64,000 nucleotides of DNA from assembly GCA_030704615.1 (NCBI GenBank), contig CM060731.1, forward strand, positions 74,338,001-74,402,000, in the 5' to 3' direction. The position numbers were made by a program, and so were the translations under genes. Within the stretch, counting starts at the first letter, position 1. Each line of letters starts with the position of its first letter. This document shows, piece after piece, positions 47,659-61,300 of this stretch. The stretch is from Takakia lepidozioides (taxonomy: Eukaryota > Plantae > Bryophyta). The notes under the pieces are model-generated. The model had not been told where the DNA came from. It worked only from the letters and a program-made list of their open reading frames with translations, and searched no databases.

Positions 47659-49832
47659 TTTCACACCTACTCTTATCCTTGAGGTCATCCAACATGTCCT
47701 CCCCCATGTCACAGACTGGAAACAAGTTCAGGGAAGTTTTCTGCCTAACTTCATTTTCATCAGACAATCTCATGGCAACAGACATGGCTGAGGACACTAG
47801 AGCCTCTAAGTCAGACTTATCCAGCAGGGTCAAGCCTTGCGGATACAGGTCCAGGTCCTTGAGGATCTCTTCTACTCTCTTCTGCCAGGACTTAGCCTGT
47901 TTGCCAGGGCGGTCCTGTTTCCAAGATATAGAGTCGATTAATTTAGGATATCTGGTGTTGGGCATATGTTGCAGCTGACCCCACCATCTGACCTTGAATT
48001 CATGTCGTCGGGAGCTGAAGGACGGAATGCCAAACTCACCCCGAACAGCCACATTGGTTGTTTTGGAGCATGCTGACATACACTCCTTAACCACCCCCAC
48101 TTGAATGGATTCTAGAGACTTAGCCTGGTTGGAGTTATCAACCCATATAGCAGATCCGTACTCCAAGGCAGGTCTAATAACGCGACAAAGCATGGTTTTC
48201 TTAACCTCAGAGTTGACCCCTCTGCAGTGGAAAAATTTAGTGAGCCCCAGAGCTTTGCCCTTGCCAGTTTGAACAACTTTCCGGATATGTGCATCCCAAT
48301 TACAATTGGAGGAGAACTCAACGCCCAGGTAAGTGTAGGAAGGGAGGACCGGGATCTCTTGGCTACCCCACTGCCACTTAAGATCACTTCCTCCCTCTCC
48401 TCTGTCGTTGAATGCTACCACTGCACATTTGCTGACATTAGCCTCTAGCCCCCAAAGATCAAAGTATGTCTTCGCGCAATCAATAAACTCCTGGAGATTG
48501 GTTGGAGTCTCCCCTATGCCTGCGAAGTCATCCGCAAACATAAGGGCTGGTATGGTGGTATCACCCACCCTTAACCCAAATCCCTCACTTTCCACATCCT
48601 CGAGGAGTTGATTAATGAAAACATTGAAGAGCAGAGGGGAGAGAATACATCCTTGAGCTACACCTTGGTCTAAGTCAAAGAAGTTGGACTTCTGTCCGTT
48701 ACACATCGGCACACTGGGGGAACTCAATTTTGTCCATTATGATATAGTCCACAATGGAACGTTCCCCAGTTTGGGGTTTCTCACGAGTCCACTGCACTTG
48801 GTCACCTCTTGTCCTGTTATTCAAGGTCAAAAGCTGAAGCTCTTCTAGACAGTTAATTAACCGTCTGCCATTAGAATTCAGCTCGTCCTCACCAAAAGGT
48901 CCAATGATATCGTCTTGATGGATCCCTTTGCCCACCCAGGCATTGAAGTCCCCCAATAGTACCACCTGACCTTTGGCAAGGAACGAAGCACAGTCCAGCT
49001 TCAAAACTTGTGAGGCCTTGTCTGCGTCAGCACACAGGGTCCCCTCTGTGGGCATGTAAACACAACGGACAAAGAGGTCCAGCAGAGTACTCATGCCGCC
49101 CTTCAAATTCAGTTTTAGCCAGATCCTATGCTCGTACCTCAAACCCTTGTTGATAATTTCACAATTGTCAAACAAGAAATCACGGACGAACTTATGTGAG
49201 ATTGAATTGATGCGGGACTCTATTAGAAGCACTTTTGGTCATTGCAACCTTCAACGTACCCCTGTTATCAAGTCTCGAGATGGTACCATTAACCATGAAA
49301 TCCAAGCCTAAGCTAGAGCATGTAGTTTTAAAGGACACATCGTCCATCCTGGGATTCACCCCAAAAACTACACATGAAGCCCTAGATTTGGCATAAGTAA
49401 CCAATTCCCAGGGATCACCCTGAGGAGTGTTGATGTTGATAGGAGCTAATTTTTTGATTGTTTTCGCAGGCCATAAGTTTAAGCACAGGAACCAACCCGA
49501 GCCCAAGTGCCAAGTATGCTAGACAGAGCATACGACTGCCCAATTTGGGCGGAGGGGCTGCCCCCAAGCGGTAGGAGTCCGCTTGTTACCATTCAGAGAT
49601 CACACTCCAGGGAGTTGCAGGGAATGGCCCGTGTAGGCATATTCTAAAGAGGGAAAGGCCCCAAGCTTTCCAACTAAATCCAATGCACTACCTTACCTGA
49701 AGCAAAACGCTTAAGGTCGAAACAAACAATGACACGAGGTCAGAAGGCCGACATTTAGTGACAGAGACATTAATGTACTCCCGTTTCAAGTCCACCCAAT
49801 GTCAATAGGCTTCCTAGAAGACAGGGAGAAAC
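47659..49832 (-). mobile_element. Deleted copy of the LINE (5' end intact, two internal deletions, 3' end lost)
   Basis: Reverse complement matches about 52350-52990, 53830-54310 and 55690-56715. Confidence 0.9.
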
Positions 49833-50261
49833 ACGAGAGAGAGAGAGAGAGAGAAATGAAATGAAATAGGGTCTGGTTGTTTGTTTCTCCCTTGGCACCT
49901 AAGGTGATATTAGTTGTCCTCCGCATACATATCCAGCACACCAGAAAGAGAAGAAAGCTCTTTGAACTTACTTGAAGCATCTTGTATTTCCGAGGGTGCA
50001 ACATCCTTCATACTCAGGATGGACACGGTTGCCTTACCAAATGTGTCAGCTCTGCTGCTGCCTCTTCCTTGGCCTCTTCCTGTCCACCCAACCATGACAC
50101 GTACCATGAAAAACTCACTTGACATTTCTATCACACTCTTCTTATTGAGTAAACCAGAAACAATAGACAATCATGTAGCCAAGTGCTACGCGATGAACAG
50201 ATGTAGAATGTAACAAGCGAGGACTGGGATAAAAACAGAGGTAAGAATGCGTACGTTGCCA

Positions 50262-50515
50262 ATCCCTCTGTAGGTATACTAAACAGGGCAACTACCTCAT
50301 AACGATACCTCAACCTGCATATAGGCTGATTTGACCAGGTTTCTTTGTAAGTCAGGCGCTATACCTCTGGTGGTATACTAAACAGGGCTACTGTCTCATG
50401 ACGATACCTCCGCATAAATATAGATTAATTTGGCCAACTTTTCTTGTAAAATGAAATACTATACCTCTGTAGATATATCAAACAGGGCTACAACCTAATG
50501 ACGATACCTCTACTA
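50262..50515. repeat. About 100-bp degenerate tandem repeat (2.5-3 units)
   Basis: AT(A)CCTCTG..GTATA..AAACAGGGC....CTCAT.ACGATACCTC near 50262, 50361, 50461. Confidence 0.65.
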
Positions 50516-50526
50516 GTATATATGTG

Positions 50527-50849
50527 TAGTATATATCTCTCCTTTAGGCTACGCGACTCATGTCGTGACTTAGGCCTTACCACAAGCAAAGGATGGACGG
50601 GCAGCAGGAATAGACGGGCCAACATGTATATTCAGCTTATACTCTCGTATGTATATGTGTATACGATACATATACATATACATATATATATATATGATAA
50701 TATATTATATATATTATATACAAAACTGCGTTAAAAATTATAGATTACAATTCAATTGAATTGCAAATTAGGGTTAGTTCAATTGAATTGGCATCTGATC
50801 AAGTGAATTGCGCTGCATTTCACATCAAGGCCTTTTTGGAATTCCCTAG
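50527..50849. repeat. About 330-bp dispersed repeat, inverted copy of 38348-38680
   Basis: Near-identical reverse complement. Confidence 0.85.
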
Positions 50850-52084
50850 ATGGAGCTCTCATGGGCTGCTGGAGCTGAGGTCTTCCTGCACAAGACCACC
50901 TTGCTGACCCCTACCTTAGATCCATCTCAATCGGGCGCTCAATTCAGGTGTGACAGGTGCCCAAGAGTAACATATTTTCTTTTTAGCTCAATCCATGGAG
51001 AGACCAAAAAAATATTAAAAAAATTCTAAGGCCAAAGGCCCAAAATGGGTCTAGTGGACGTTTTAGGGATTCAGGGTTATGCATGCATCCAATTAAATTT
51101 GTAATTAAACATTATAAGGACTATGACCCCACACTATGCCAGGGACCAACCATCAACGAGCTTTCCTCACGCAAATCTTCTCCTCCTTCGCTTGGACGGA
51201 GCCTGGTGCTTGGCACCTCACGGTGAGGTTATTTTCTATAGTTCTCCATATAATTATTTTTGAGCGGTCACTCTTGGATGTTTCCCCTTCAACGAGTGGT
51301 TGTGGGTTCAAACCACCCTGTTGGTTGTTCCAAAGGTGTTCACCTTCCTACCGAAAGGCAGTAGCCTTTCTTGATCAAGTGACACCATAAGTTGCTTCAG
51401 CATCGCGTCCACCTTTTTTCTTTTAATAACAACAACAAAGGCTAGTGGATCATATAACCCTCTCCACATCCCAAGTAAGATTTTCCACCTCACTTGGCAC
51501 ATGGAACCAAGTGAAATCCAATGGGCCAACTAAATACAAATATAAAGGCATATTGTCCTAATTACGTAGAAATAAATCATTTTCAGTTAATCATAACTAA
51601 AACATGCATGACGGCTGTTGTGCACCTAAGCATTGCACCACAACATACATTATTATCCAACCACACATTCTAAGCACACAATCCTAGAAAGCTATGCCAC
51701 AATTACCCCCTAGCTGGTGATTCAAACAGCCGACAAAGTACTAATTCCAATTAGATCATCGTTTGGTCTATAACCGCACGTCCCAAAACCCTAAAGTGTA
51801 TGGATCAAGAGGTCGGGTACAAAGAGAGCCCCGTCTCTGCCTGCAATCCATGATCTTTAATTGAGTATCCACGACGTCAGAAGTGCTACTCAAGAGGGCA
51901 CATTCACGCTCCAATGTGCACGTGCCCTCCTGTCCTGGACCCACAATGATGCACCATTCATGGAAAAATCCACTTGCCGTTACCACAAATATCCTGGCTC
52001 TGCAAAAGGAACCATCCCATTGCATCTTTTCATCTCACAACATCCCACGTGCAAGCCACTTGATGTAAGGTGGAGGAAACATTT

Positions 52085-52349
52085 CAGAGCCTCCATCCCA
52101 CGCCCTTGCTGTGCATACCCTGCAAGCATCGCACTCCACGACACCACATCTCGTTGAGCCATAGTGCTGAACACTCCCTTTGAAGTTTGCATCCTCAATG
52201 CACCCACATTTGGCATACAAGTCCACCACGGCGAATGACATCTGGTAATTTGATAGGCATTCATCATTTTGCCTTGGTTGTCCCACCATTGACTGGGGTC
52301 ATAAAAATATTCATTCCACAGCTTCTCCTCATCTCTGTTACCTGTTTTT
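52085..52349 (-). pseudogene. PDF-motif fragment followed by PPR fragment, split from 57205+ by the LINE
   Basis: EKLWNEYFYDPSQWWDNQGK then VVDLYAKCGCIEDA..GVFSTMAQRDVVSWSAMLAGYAQQGRGMEAL. Confidence 0.75.
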
Positions 52350-55300
52350 TCTCTCCCTGTCCTCTAGGAAGCCTATTGACATTGGGTGGACTTGAAACGG
52401 GAGTACATTAATGTCTCTGTGACTAAATGCCGGCCTTGTGACCTCGTGTCCTTGTTTGTTTCGACCTGAAGCGCTTTGCTTCAGGTAAGGTAGTGCATTG
52501 GATTTAGTTGGAAAGCTTGGGGCCTTTCCCTCTTTAGAATATGCCTACACGGGCCATTCCCTGCAACTCCCTGGAGTGTGATCTCTGAATGGTAACAAGC
52601 GGACTCCTACCGCTTGGGGACAGCCCCTCCGCCCAAATTGGGCAGTCGTATGCTCTGTCTAGCATACTCGGCACTTGGGCTCGGGTTGGTTCCTGTGCTT
52701 AAACTTATGGCCTGCGAAAACAATAAAAAATTTAGCTCCTATCAACATCAACACTCCTCAGGGTGATCCCTGGGAATTGGTTACTTATGCCAAATCTAGG
52801 GCTTCATGTGTAGTTTTTGGGGTGAATCCCAGGATGGACGATGTGTCCTTTAAAACTACATGCTCTAGCTTAGGCTTGGATTTCATGGCTAATGGTACCA
52901 TCTCGAGACTTGATAACAGGGGTACGTTGAAGGTTGCAATGACCAAAAGTGCTTCTAATAGAGTCCCGCATCAATTCAATCTCAAAGAAGTTCGTCCCTT
53001 GACTGGCTGGAGAGTGGTCTTAGACATTGGTGATTCAATGGGGCGCTCTAGGAAGACAACCAAGGGCAACAACTTGAGAGTTTCTAATCGGTTTGACGCT
53101 CTGGATGAGGTTGAATCCAAACAGCCAGAAGGACAAGATACCCCTAAGTGTACGGAACCTGAACGTCCTGAATCTGAAGGATTTGGTACTCTGAATGGTT
53201 TACCAATCCTCAAGGTTTACACAAGACGAACAAATTCTATACACGGGGTAATTGTCCCCAAGCCGTCAGATGGACAATCTGTCTCTAAGTGTGTAGAGCC
53301 TGAAGGATTTGGTACTCTAAATGGTTTACCAATCCTCAAAGTCTACACAAGACGAGCAAAATCTATACACGGGGTAATTGTCCCCAAGCAGTCTGACGGA
53401 CAATCTGCCCCTATGTGTGCGGAGCCTGTGCGTCGTGTAACTGAAAGATTTGGTACCCTGAATGGTTTACCAATTCTCAAAGTTTACACAAGACGAGCAA
53501 AATCTACACATGGGGTAACTGTCCCCCCTTTGCAGAACGGTTGGCCGTCCAGGAGCAATCACAAGCTACCTAGACGACAAACAATTCACACGCAAAGGGC
53601 TGGCTTGCGGCTGGCCACTTTCAACTTCTCAGGGTTGACCAACCAAAGGAAACAACTTGAAGTGGGACAAGTTCTTCGGACTAATGATATTCACATCTGT
53701 GCTGGGCAAGAAACATGGGAAACGTCGGATAAACTGGTTGGAGATGTCATTGGTTATAAATGGGCAGGTAAGATGTGTACTCTCAAGGCAGCCTCTGCCA
53801 AACGCGGTCAAAAAGGGGTCGGACTCTTTGTCCGTGATTTCTTGTTTGACAATTGTGAAATTATCAACAAGGGTTTGAGGTACGAGCATAGTATCTGGCT
53901 AAAACTGAATTTGAAGGGCGGCATGAGTACAAAGGACCTCTTTGTTGGTTGTGTTTACATGCCCACAGAGGGGACCCTTAGTGCTGATGCAGACAAGGCC
54001 TTCGAAGATGTAAAGCTGGACTGTGCTTCGTTCCTTGCCAAAGGTCAGGTGGTACTATTGGGGGACTTCAATGCCCGGGTGGGCAAAGGGATCCATCAGG
54101 ACGATATCATTGGACCTTTTGGTGAGGATGAGCTGAATTCTAATGGCAGACGGTTAATTAACTGTCTAGAAGAGCTTCAACTTTTGACCTTGAATAACAG
54201 GACAAGAGGTGACCAAGTGCAGTGGACTCGTGAGAAACCCCAAACTGGGGAACGTTCCATTGTGGACTATATCATAATGGACAAAATTTTGTTCCCCCAG
54301 TGTGCCAATGTGTTGATCGACATAACTGATATTGGTACCTCTGACCACTTCCTGGTTTGGACTGAGATCAAAAGGTGTTTTCCCACCACCAAGAGATCTG
54401 TGAAAAGTTCGATTCGGAAGTGGCGCATAGAAAAATTCCACAATGAGGAGGTCAAGGCTGAGTACGTCCAGGCCTTGCAAGAGGCTCTCCCTCATTTTGT
54501 CCAATCGCTCCAAGAACTTCAGTCATGCTCTGTTAACGCAATAAATGAAGTCGAAAGAGCAGTGGACTCTTGGGAGAGTTTCGTTTCCTCCGTGGCTGAC
54601 AAGATCATTGGGAGGAAACTAATTGTCTGCGGTAGAGCAGTTAATTGGTGGACTAATGAGATTAAACTCAAGATAGCTGAGAGACGAGCCCTCTATAAAG
54701 AGTGCTGCAATTTGGAAACCAACAGAGAATTGTGGGCGAGGTACTACCAGCTCCGTAAAGATATCAATCAGCTTGTTAGGTCTCAGAAGAAATTATACTG
54801 GGACAAGTTATACACTGAAATAAACTCAAACCACCATGGTGGTAATGACAAGAAATTCTGGTTGGCCCTTCAACGTTTGTATAAATCGAAAAACGGTCAG
54901 CAAGTACAAGCGCTGAAGACTACTAAAGGTGCAGTGGTGACTTCATCGGTTGACATTGTCAAAACCTTAGAAACTCACTACAGTATCCTTGGCAGAACTT
55001 CTAGGTCTAACAGTGAGGGGTCTTCTGCTGAATGGAGGGACACAGTTGGAAAAACTGTTCCTATGATTCAAAACAGCCCTGATGAACTGGAGTATATTTC
55101 AATGGCTTATAATGCTCCCATTAGTTCTTCTGAGATTGTGGAAGCAATTGAACATTTAAATGGATATAAAGCTGGTGGACCTGATGGTATTGTCAACGAG
55201 CTTATCAAGCACGGTGGCGATCCCATGATAGAGGCCCTAGTTCTCCTCTTTAACCTTATCTGGAAGACTGAAATGATCCCCTTTCGCTGGCGACAGGGGG

Positions 55301-57204
55301 TCATTGTCAATCTATACAAGAAGGGTGACAGAGAAGAACCGGGGAACTACCGTGGCATCACGCTCCTCAATGCTGTTGGCAAGACATTCTGCAGAGTTAT
55401 AAGTACTTGTCTCGAGGTTAATATGGAGTCTAGAGGTTGTTTCCACGAAGGCCAAGCTGGCTTTCGGCGAAACAGGGGCTGTGTGGATCATATCTTCACT
55501 CTAAGCCAGATTATCCAGGGAAGGAAAAAAGAAGGGAAACCCACTTATGTCTTTTTCCTGGATGTCAAAAAGGCTTATGACATAGTGTGGAGAGATGGCC
55601 TATGGTTCCGCCTCTGATCTTGTGGGATCAAGGGAAAGATATGGAGAGTTGTCCACAACTTGTATGCTCACACCAAAAGCTGTGTCACTGTTAACGGACA
55701 GAAGTCCAACTTCTTTGACATAGACCAAGGTGTAGCTCAAGGATGTACTCTCTCCCCTCTGCTCTTCAATGTTTTCATCAATCAACTCCTCGAGGATGTG
55801 GAAAGTGAGGGATTTGGGTTAAGGGTGGGTGATACCACCATACCAGCCCTTATGTTTGCGGATGACGTCGCAGGCATAGGGGAGACTCCAACCAATCTCC
55901 AGGAGTTGATTGATTGCGCGAAGAGATACTTTGATCTTTGGGGGCTAGAGGCTAATGTCAGCAAATGTGCAGTGGTAGCATTCAACGACAGAGGAGAGGG
56001 AGGAAGTGATCTTAAGTGGCAGTGGGGTAGCCAAGAGATCCTGGTCCTCCCTTCCTACACTTACCTGGGCGTTGAGTTCTCCTCCAATTGTAATTGGGAT
56101 GCACATATCCGGAAAGTTGTTCAAACTGGCAAGGGCAAAGCTCTGGGGCTCACTAAATTTTTCCACTGCAGAGGGGTCAACTCTGAGGTTAAGAAAACCA
56201 TGCTTTGTCGCGTTATTAGACCTGCCTTGGAGTACGGATCTGCTATATGGGTTGATAACTCCAACCAGGCTAAGTCTCTAGAATCCATTCAAGTGGGGGT
56301 GCTTAAGGAGTGTATGTCAGCATGCTCCAAAACAGCCAATGTGGCTGTTCGGGGTGAGTTTGGCATTCCGTCCTTAAGCTCCCGACGAGATGAATTCGAG
56401 GCCAGATGGTGGGGTCAGCTGCAACATATGCCCAACACCAGATATCCTAAGTTAATCGACTCTATATCTTGGAAACAGGACCGCCCTGTCAAACAGGCTA
56501 AGTCCTGGCAGAAGAGAGTAGAAGAGATCCTCAAGGACCTGGACCTGGATCCGCAAGTCTTGACCCTGCTGGATAAATCTGACTTAGAGGCTGTAGTGTC
56601 CTCAGCCATGTCTGTTGCCATGAGATTGTCCGATGAAAATGAAGTTAGGCAGAAAACTTCCCTGAACTTGTTTCCAGTCTGTGACGTGGGGGAGGACATC
56701 TTGGATGACCTCAAGGGTCTACCCACTCTCGGCACTAGACTGAAATTTAAACTCAGGGCAGGAAGCCTACCTTTGAACAGCAAACAGAAGCAGAGAGGAA
56801 AGGGAGAGTGCAATTGCCCGTTGTGTGGGCAATCTGAAGACAGTATTCATTTTTTGATACACTGTCCGGGGTTCTCTCACCAAAGAGACGCTCTCTTCAA
56901 ATCTATTAAGGGAATTGTGCCGGTACCCCTGTTCACCAACTTTGAAAGTCTCGAGGCTGAGCCAAAAGCCCAGGCCCTCCTGAGGCCTAGTTTTTGGGCA
57001 AATCACACACAGCAGATTGATGCTTGTGTGAAGGGATTTCTAGAGGATATCTGGAAAACCCGGATTAATTCTTTATATGGAGGTAAGTCTTACTACCAAC
57101 GTCAGCCCCTGACAGAGGTAGGTTCTGTCCCTTTTGTTCCCGCTCAAACTGGGCGTGGGGTCAATGGCCACAAGGCTACGGCAAACAACGTCTTATGAGT
57201 ACAA
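52350..57204 (+). mobile_element. Full-length single-ORF non-LTR retrotransposon (LINE; RTE/RTEX-like, clade tentative)
   Basis: 16-bp TSD TCTGTTACCTGTTTTT at 52334-52349 and 57205-57220; 5' end coincides with that of the second copy near 49832. Confidence 0.92.
52675..57198 (+). CDS. LINE polyprotein: AP endonuclease, reverse transcriptase, CCHC zinc finger; one premature stop
   Basis: APE motifs ATFN, QET, LLGDFNA, VDYI, SDH; RT motifs YRGITL, QAGFR, DVKKAYD, GVAQG..LSPLLFN, FADD, YLG; CPLC..EDSIHFLIHC. Both ORFs are in the same frame, separated by TGA at 55615-55617. Confidence 0.93.
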
Positions 57205-57220
57205 TCTGTTACCTGTTTTT

Positions 57221-58380
57221 GGATACTTTCCTGTTGTCACATTGGCAGTGTCATGTCAAAGTCACTCCAAACTAGTTGATTCACTCAACCAGCTAACTTG
57301 CAGAATTCAACATGGAAATTTAGGGCCGATTCTGATAAGAGGGAAAAACAGGGTGAAATGTGTTGAAAGGTGCTTTCATTAGCAGTGCCTGATTTTATCA
57401 ATTGTGCCGCTGCTGCTGCGGCTTCCAGTTGACCATCTATCCATGCAGGTTTCTTGTAGCTATCCTTCCACAGGGAATCATAGGTCATCTGGAGCTTGAA
57501 ATCCGGCCCTGTTGGATGAATCTGGACCCACACTCTATCCCTGCTCCTTCAGCTATCCATGCCTCTGCACAAATCATGCATACATCCTTGCCTTGCTGCT
57601 AGCAGCTGACAATGACAGCCTAGAATTGTTCCAGCAAACACCCCAACCCTACTTATCACACTAGTTCATATGCTGACTTGCGTCTACTTCCAACAGGCAT
57701 TCACTTTTTTGCCTCGATTGTGTTCCACCATTGACCAACGTATTCGTTCCAGAGCTTCTCCTCGTCTCTGTTATCTGTTTTTCGGTACTTTCCTGTTGCC
57801 ACATTGGCAGTAACATGTCAAAATCACGTCAAAACCACCAGATCCACCAACGAGCTAACTTGCAGAATTCAACATGAAAATTTAGGGACAACTCTGATAA
57901 CAGGGAAAAATAGGCTGAAATGTGTTGAAGAAGGTGCCTTCATTAGCAGTGCCTTGTTCTATCAATTGTGCTGCTGCAAAGCTGCTGTTTCCAGTTGACC
58001 ATCTACCCACGCAGATTTCTTGTAGCTATTGATCCACAAGGAATCAGAAGTAATCTTGTGTTTGAAAATCTGGCCCTCTTGGATGAATCTGGACCTCTAT
58101 CCCTGGTCCTTCAGATATCCCTGCCAGTGTACAAATCATGAATACATCCTCAGCCTTGCTGCTAGCAGCTGACACGGATGGCGTGAAGTTCTTCCAGCAA
58201 ACACCACAACCCTACTTATTACAGTAGTTCCAACTCTGAATTGCATGTGCTTCTCTCTGTAGTCCAACAGGCATTCACTTTTTTGTCTCCATTGTCCCAG
58301 CATTGACTGGGGTCAGAAAAGTGTTCACTCCAAAGCTTCTCCACATCTCTGTTATCTGTTTTTTGATACTTTCCTGCCCC
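57221..58380 (-). pseudogene. Tandem intron-containing OSB-type PDF-motif units
   Basis: EKLWSEHFSDPSQCWDNGDKK|intron|IHPRGPDF/KHKITSDSLWINSYKKSAWVDGQL, and a second unit IHPTGPDFK...SLWKDSYKKPAWIDGQL. Confidence 0.78.
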
Positions 58381-61300
58381 AGAAACCTGCCACAGTCAGT
58401 GGGCCCTGAACCAGCTTCATGACAGCACCTGACCAATCTGCATCAAGCTGCCAATGAAACAACCATCTTAGATCACATCCTCCATAAAAAGGTTGTAAAC
58501 CCCATAACAGCATTTGCCACCACAGTGCTCAATATGAGCTGTGTCATCAAATAAGCCCAATATTTACAAACCACACAGAATTTCAGAAGGCAACAGTAAT
58601 CATCAAAAAGCTTCAGACCATAGAAGAGAGGTTCATGTTCACTCACCATGTCCCACATTGGCTGTGGCATTGCAATGAAAAGAGTGAGAATGGAGCATCC
58701 AGATCGTATGTAGCCTTCCAGATCCACAGGCATGTTGGACAACCACTCCAGAACCTGTACACCACACTCTCCTTGCCTTACTCCAGTTCATGTACGAGTT
58801 CTTTGGTTCTTACATAAAGAAGCACAAGAAGAGTGACACAAGACAAACATAGTGGTTCTTACATACATGCGGTTTCAAGCCATTGCACAATCTCTGCCAT
58901 GAATCTCAGAGTACATGACGCTAGTGCGAAAACACTGATGATGGTCACTCATTATTAGGCTACAGCATCTCTTTTTATTTGCAAAAGCACACGGATGGTG
59001 TTGTGTGGCTGAGCATGTGCTGCAATCTGCCAGGAGGGCTGGTGCGTTGCACAAGGTGTTAGGAGCTGCCGGTTCATTTGAGACGCATGGCAGGACAGAC
59101 TCCAAGTGGGAGGGTGATATCCAGGGGGAGAGAGGACTGACAGCACTCTCCTTCGTAGCCTCAGAATTGAATGCTGGTCACCTTGTACCTTCTTCTGGCA
59201 ACAGTGGGGTAGGTCTCATTGTCTTCACTTCAACCTAGTCAATTCGTTTCACATGGTTTCAATCATTTTGGAGATTCTTGTTTCTAGAGAAGGGGAGCTG
59301 TTTGGGTCTGGTGTAATCCACAGGGTCAATTTATGGCAGTTACCAGGCATTTAGACTCCACCTTGGAACAGGCTCCATATTCATGGTCAATGGGAACTCG
59401 CTCTTACCATGACGATTTTCTTACTGGGGTTGGAATCTATGGGGTGATAGACCGCTGGCTCTTGTGAAATCTATGTTGTATGCAAGAAAAATTTGTGTTT
59501 GAGTGAAAACTCTTTTTATGCATGGAAGGCAATTGTGCATCTAGCAGCAGTTACCATTGTATGGTATTGTGATGCAGAAGGCTTCGAAAAAGGATAATTG
59601 ACATCTCAGTTGAGAGCGCAAGTTATGAGAATATGTCTGTGCCATTGCTACCAAAGCGAACAGTGGAAGGAAGATGTAGCCAGACATGGGGTAGCAGTGT
59701 CTATCGAGTGATGGTGGCAGTGGCAAGTGTGACAGTAACCTGTGCAGGTGTGTGCCTGGTGCTGCAGCATTCCAATGAAGTTACCCAAATATCGATATCT
59801 TTTCGTCGCAGCCTGTGGGGTTCTTGATTAAAGTGTGTTTTATAGCTCCTGGAGTCTGCCGCATATCATTTCTACGCGGAGAGTCTTGGTCTATGTACAA
59901 TGGAATTTCTCATTCAACACACTCAACTAGAGAGGATGAAATTTTTCAATATTCTTGAAAGGTGCAGATGGAGCCTGCATCTGTGCATCAAGTCTATTCA
60001 AACAAAGTTGGAAAATGCATCTAAATGCAAGTCTTTTCACTTGCATCCAACGATAACTATCTGGGCCCATGGCAGATGCCAAAATGTGTTGGACTAGAAC
60101 TGCACATAGATCCATGAGTTGGGTGATTTGATGGGACCCCTGAAACAAACTATGGCTGTCTTTGGTATTATACTGCAATATTTCCTTGGTCTGTAGACAT
60201 CACTGCCTACCGGGATTTGGATACAGTTTTGCATGTTACTATTTGGTAGGCTAAAATGTGCTAGCAAGTTGTTTCTCATTTACCTCCAACATTTCAGAGG
60301 TATGACCATGAAATTTTTGTTCAAGAGAGGCATTGACAGATGTAGATACTCCATGCCCTCTCTTTTTCTCCATACTATCCGACAAGTTTGTGTTGGATTG
60401 GTGAATTATTTACCTGCATTAATTTAGGTACATCGCCAAACCCAGGTTGCTGACCTTTCCGATCTGCCATGATGGGTACCTTTGTGATGGTATGAGTAGC
60501 CACTAAGTTAGCTACCTTCTATAGGAATGGCCTTACCTGCCGGTCTGAGGGCCACTTAACACATGCCACAAAAGCGTGTGTGCAAAATGTGGTGGTGGTT
60601 GTTCGTTGGACTAATTTGGTCTTTTGTCCTGTGGATACTTTAGACATGGGCTGTCAATGGAAAATTAATGTCGTGTGGCAATCCAAGATTCTCCAGCGCT
60701 GGAAGGCTGCAAGGGATTTTGCGACAAATTGGCAAACACACTACAAGGTTTGTAGGTGTTTCCTTTTCATCGAGTGTTCAGGTTGTCACTGGTAGACACA
60801 ATCCAAAGGTCTATCAGAGGCTCCAGTTCAATTTCATCCATTTTGAAATCTGCAATATCTAACAGCTAAGAAAACAAGACGACACCTGTTTCCTTATAAG
60901 GCTGCTGCTCGTTCAGTAGACAATAGTCATAATGCTCAACGCAATTTGGTATATTCGCTCTTATACCATGAATTGAGCCAAGCACTCTTGCATCTTCATT
61001 CTATATCAAAGAATGCTCTAACTCACTCTAACATAGCAGCGGGAAGAAGAGACAGATAACTAGAAGCATTGCTAAATGTACAGATGTAATCTGGTGAAGC
61101 GGGTCTTTGACAACCGCCATTGCCAGCTCACTCTAGATTCAAACAGGTCATTCCAATTGATCGTCCACATATCACGACAAATGTCCACAGGTCGATCGAT
61201 CTATATTTTCAATAATCCAGCGCAGAGGTCGAAGTCAAACATCAATTCACTTTCATCTGTTCAGCCCACTCCATTTCACAGTGCAGCTAAACCACATTGG

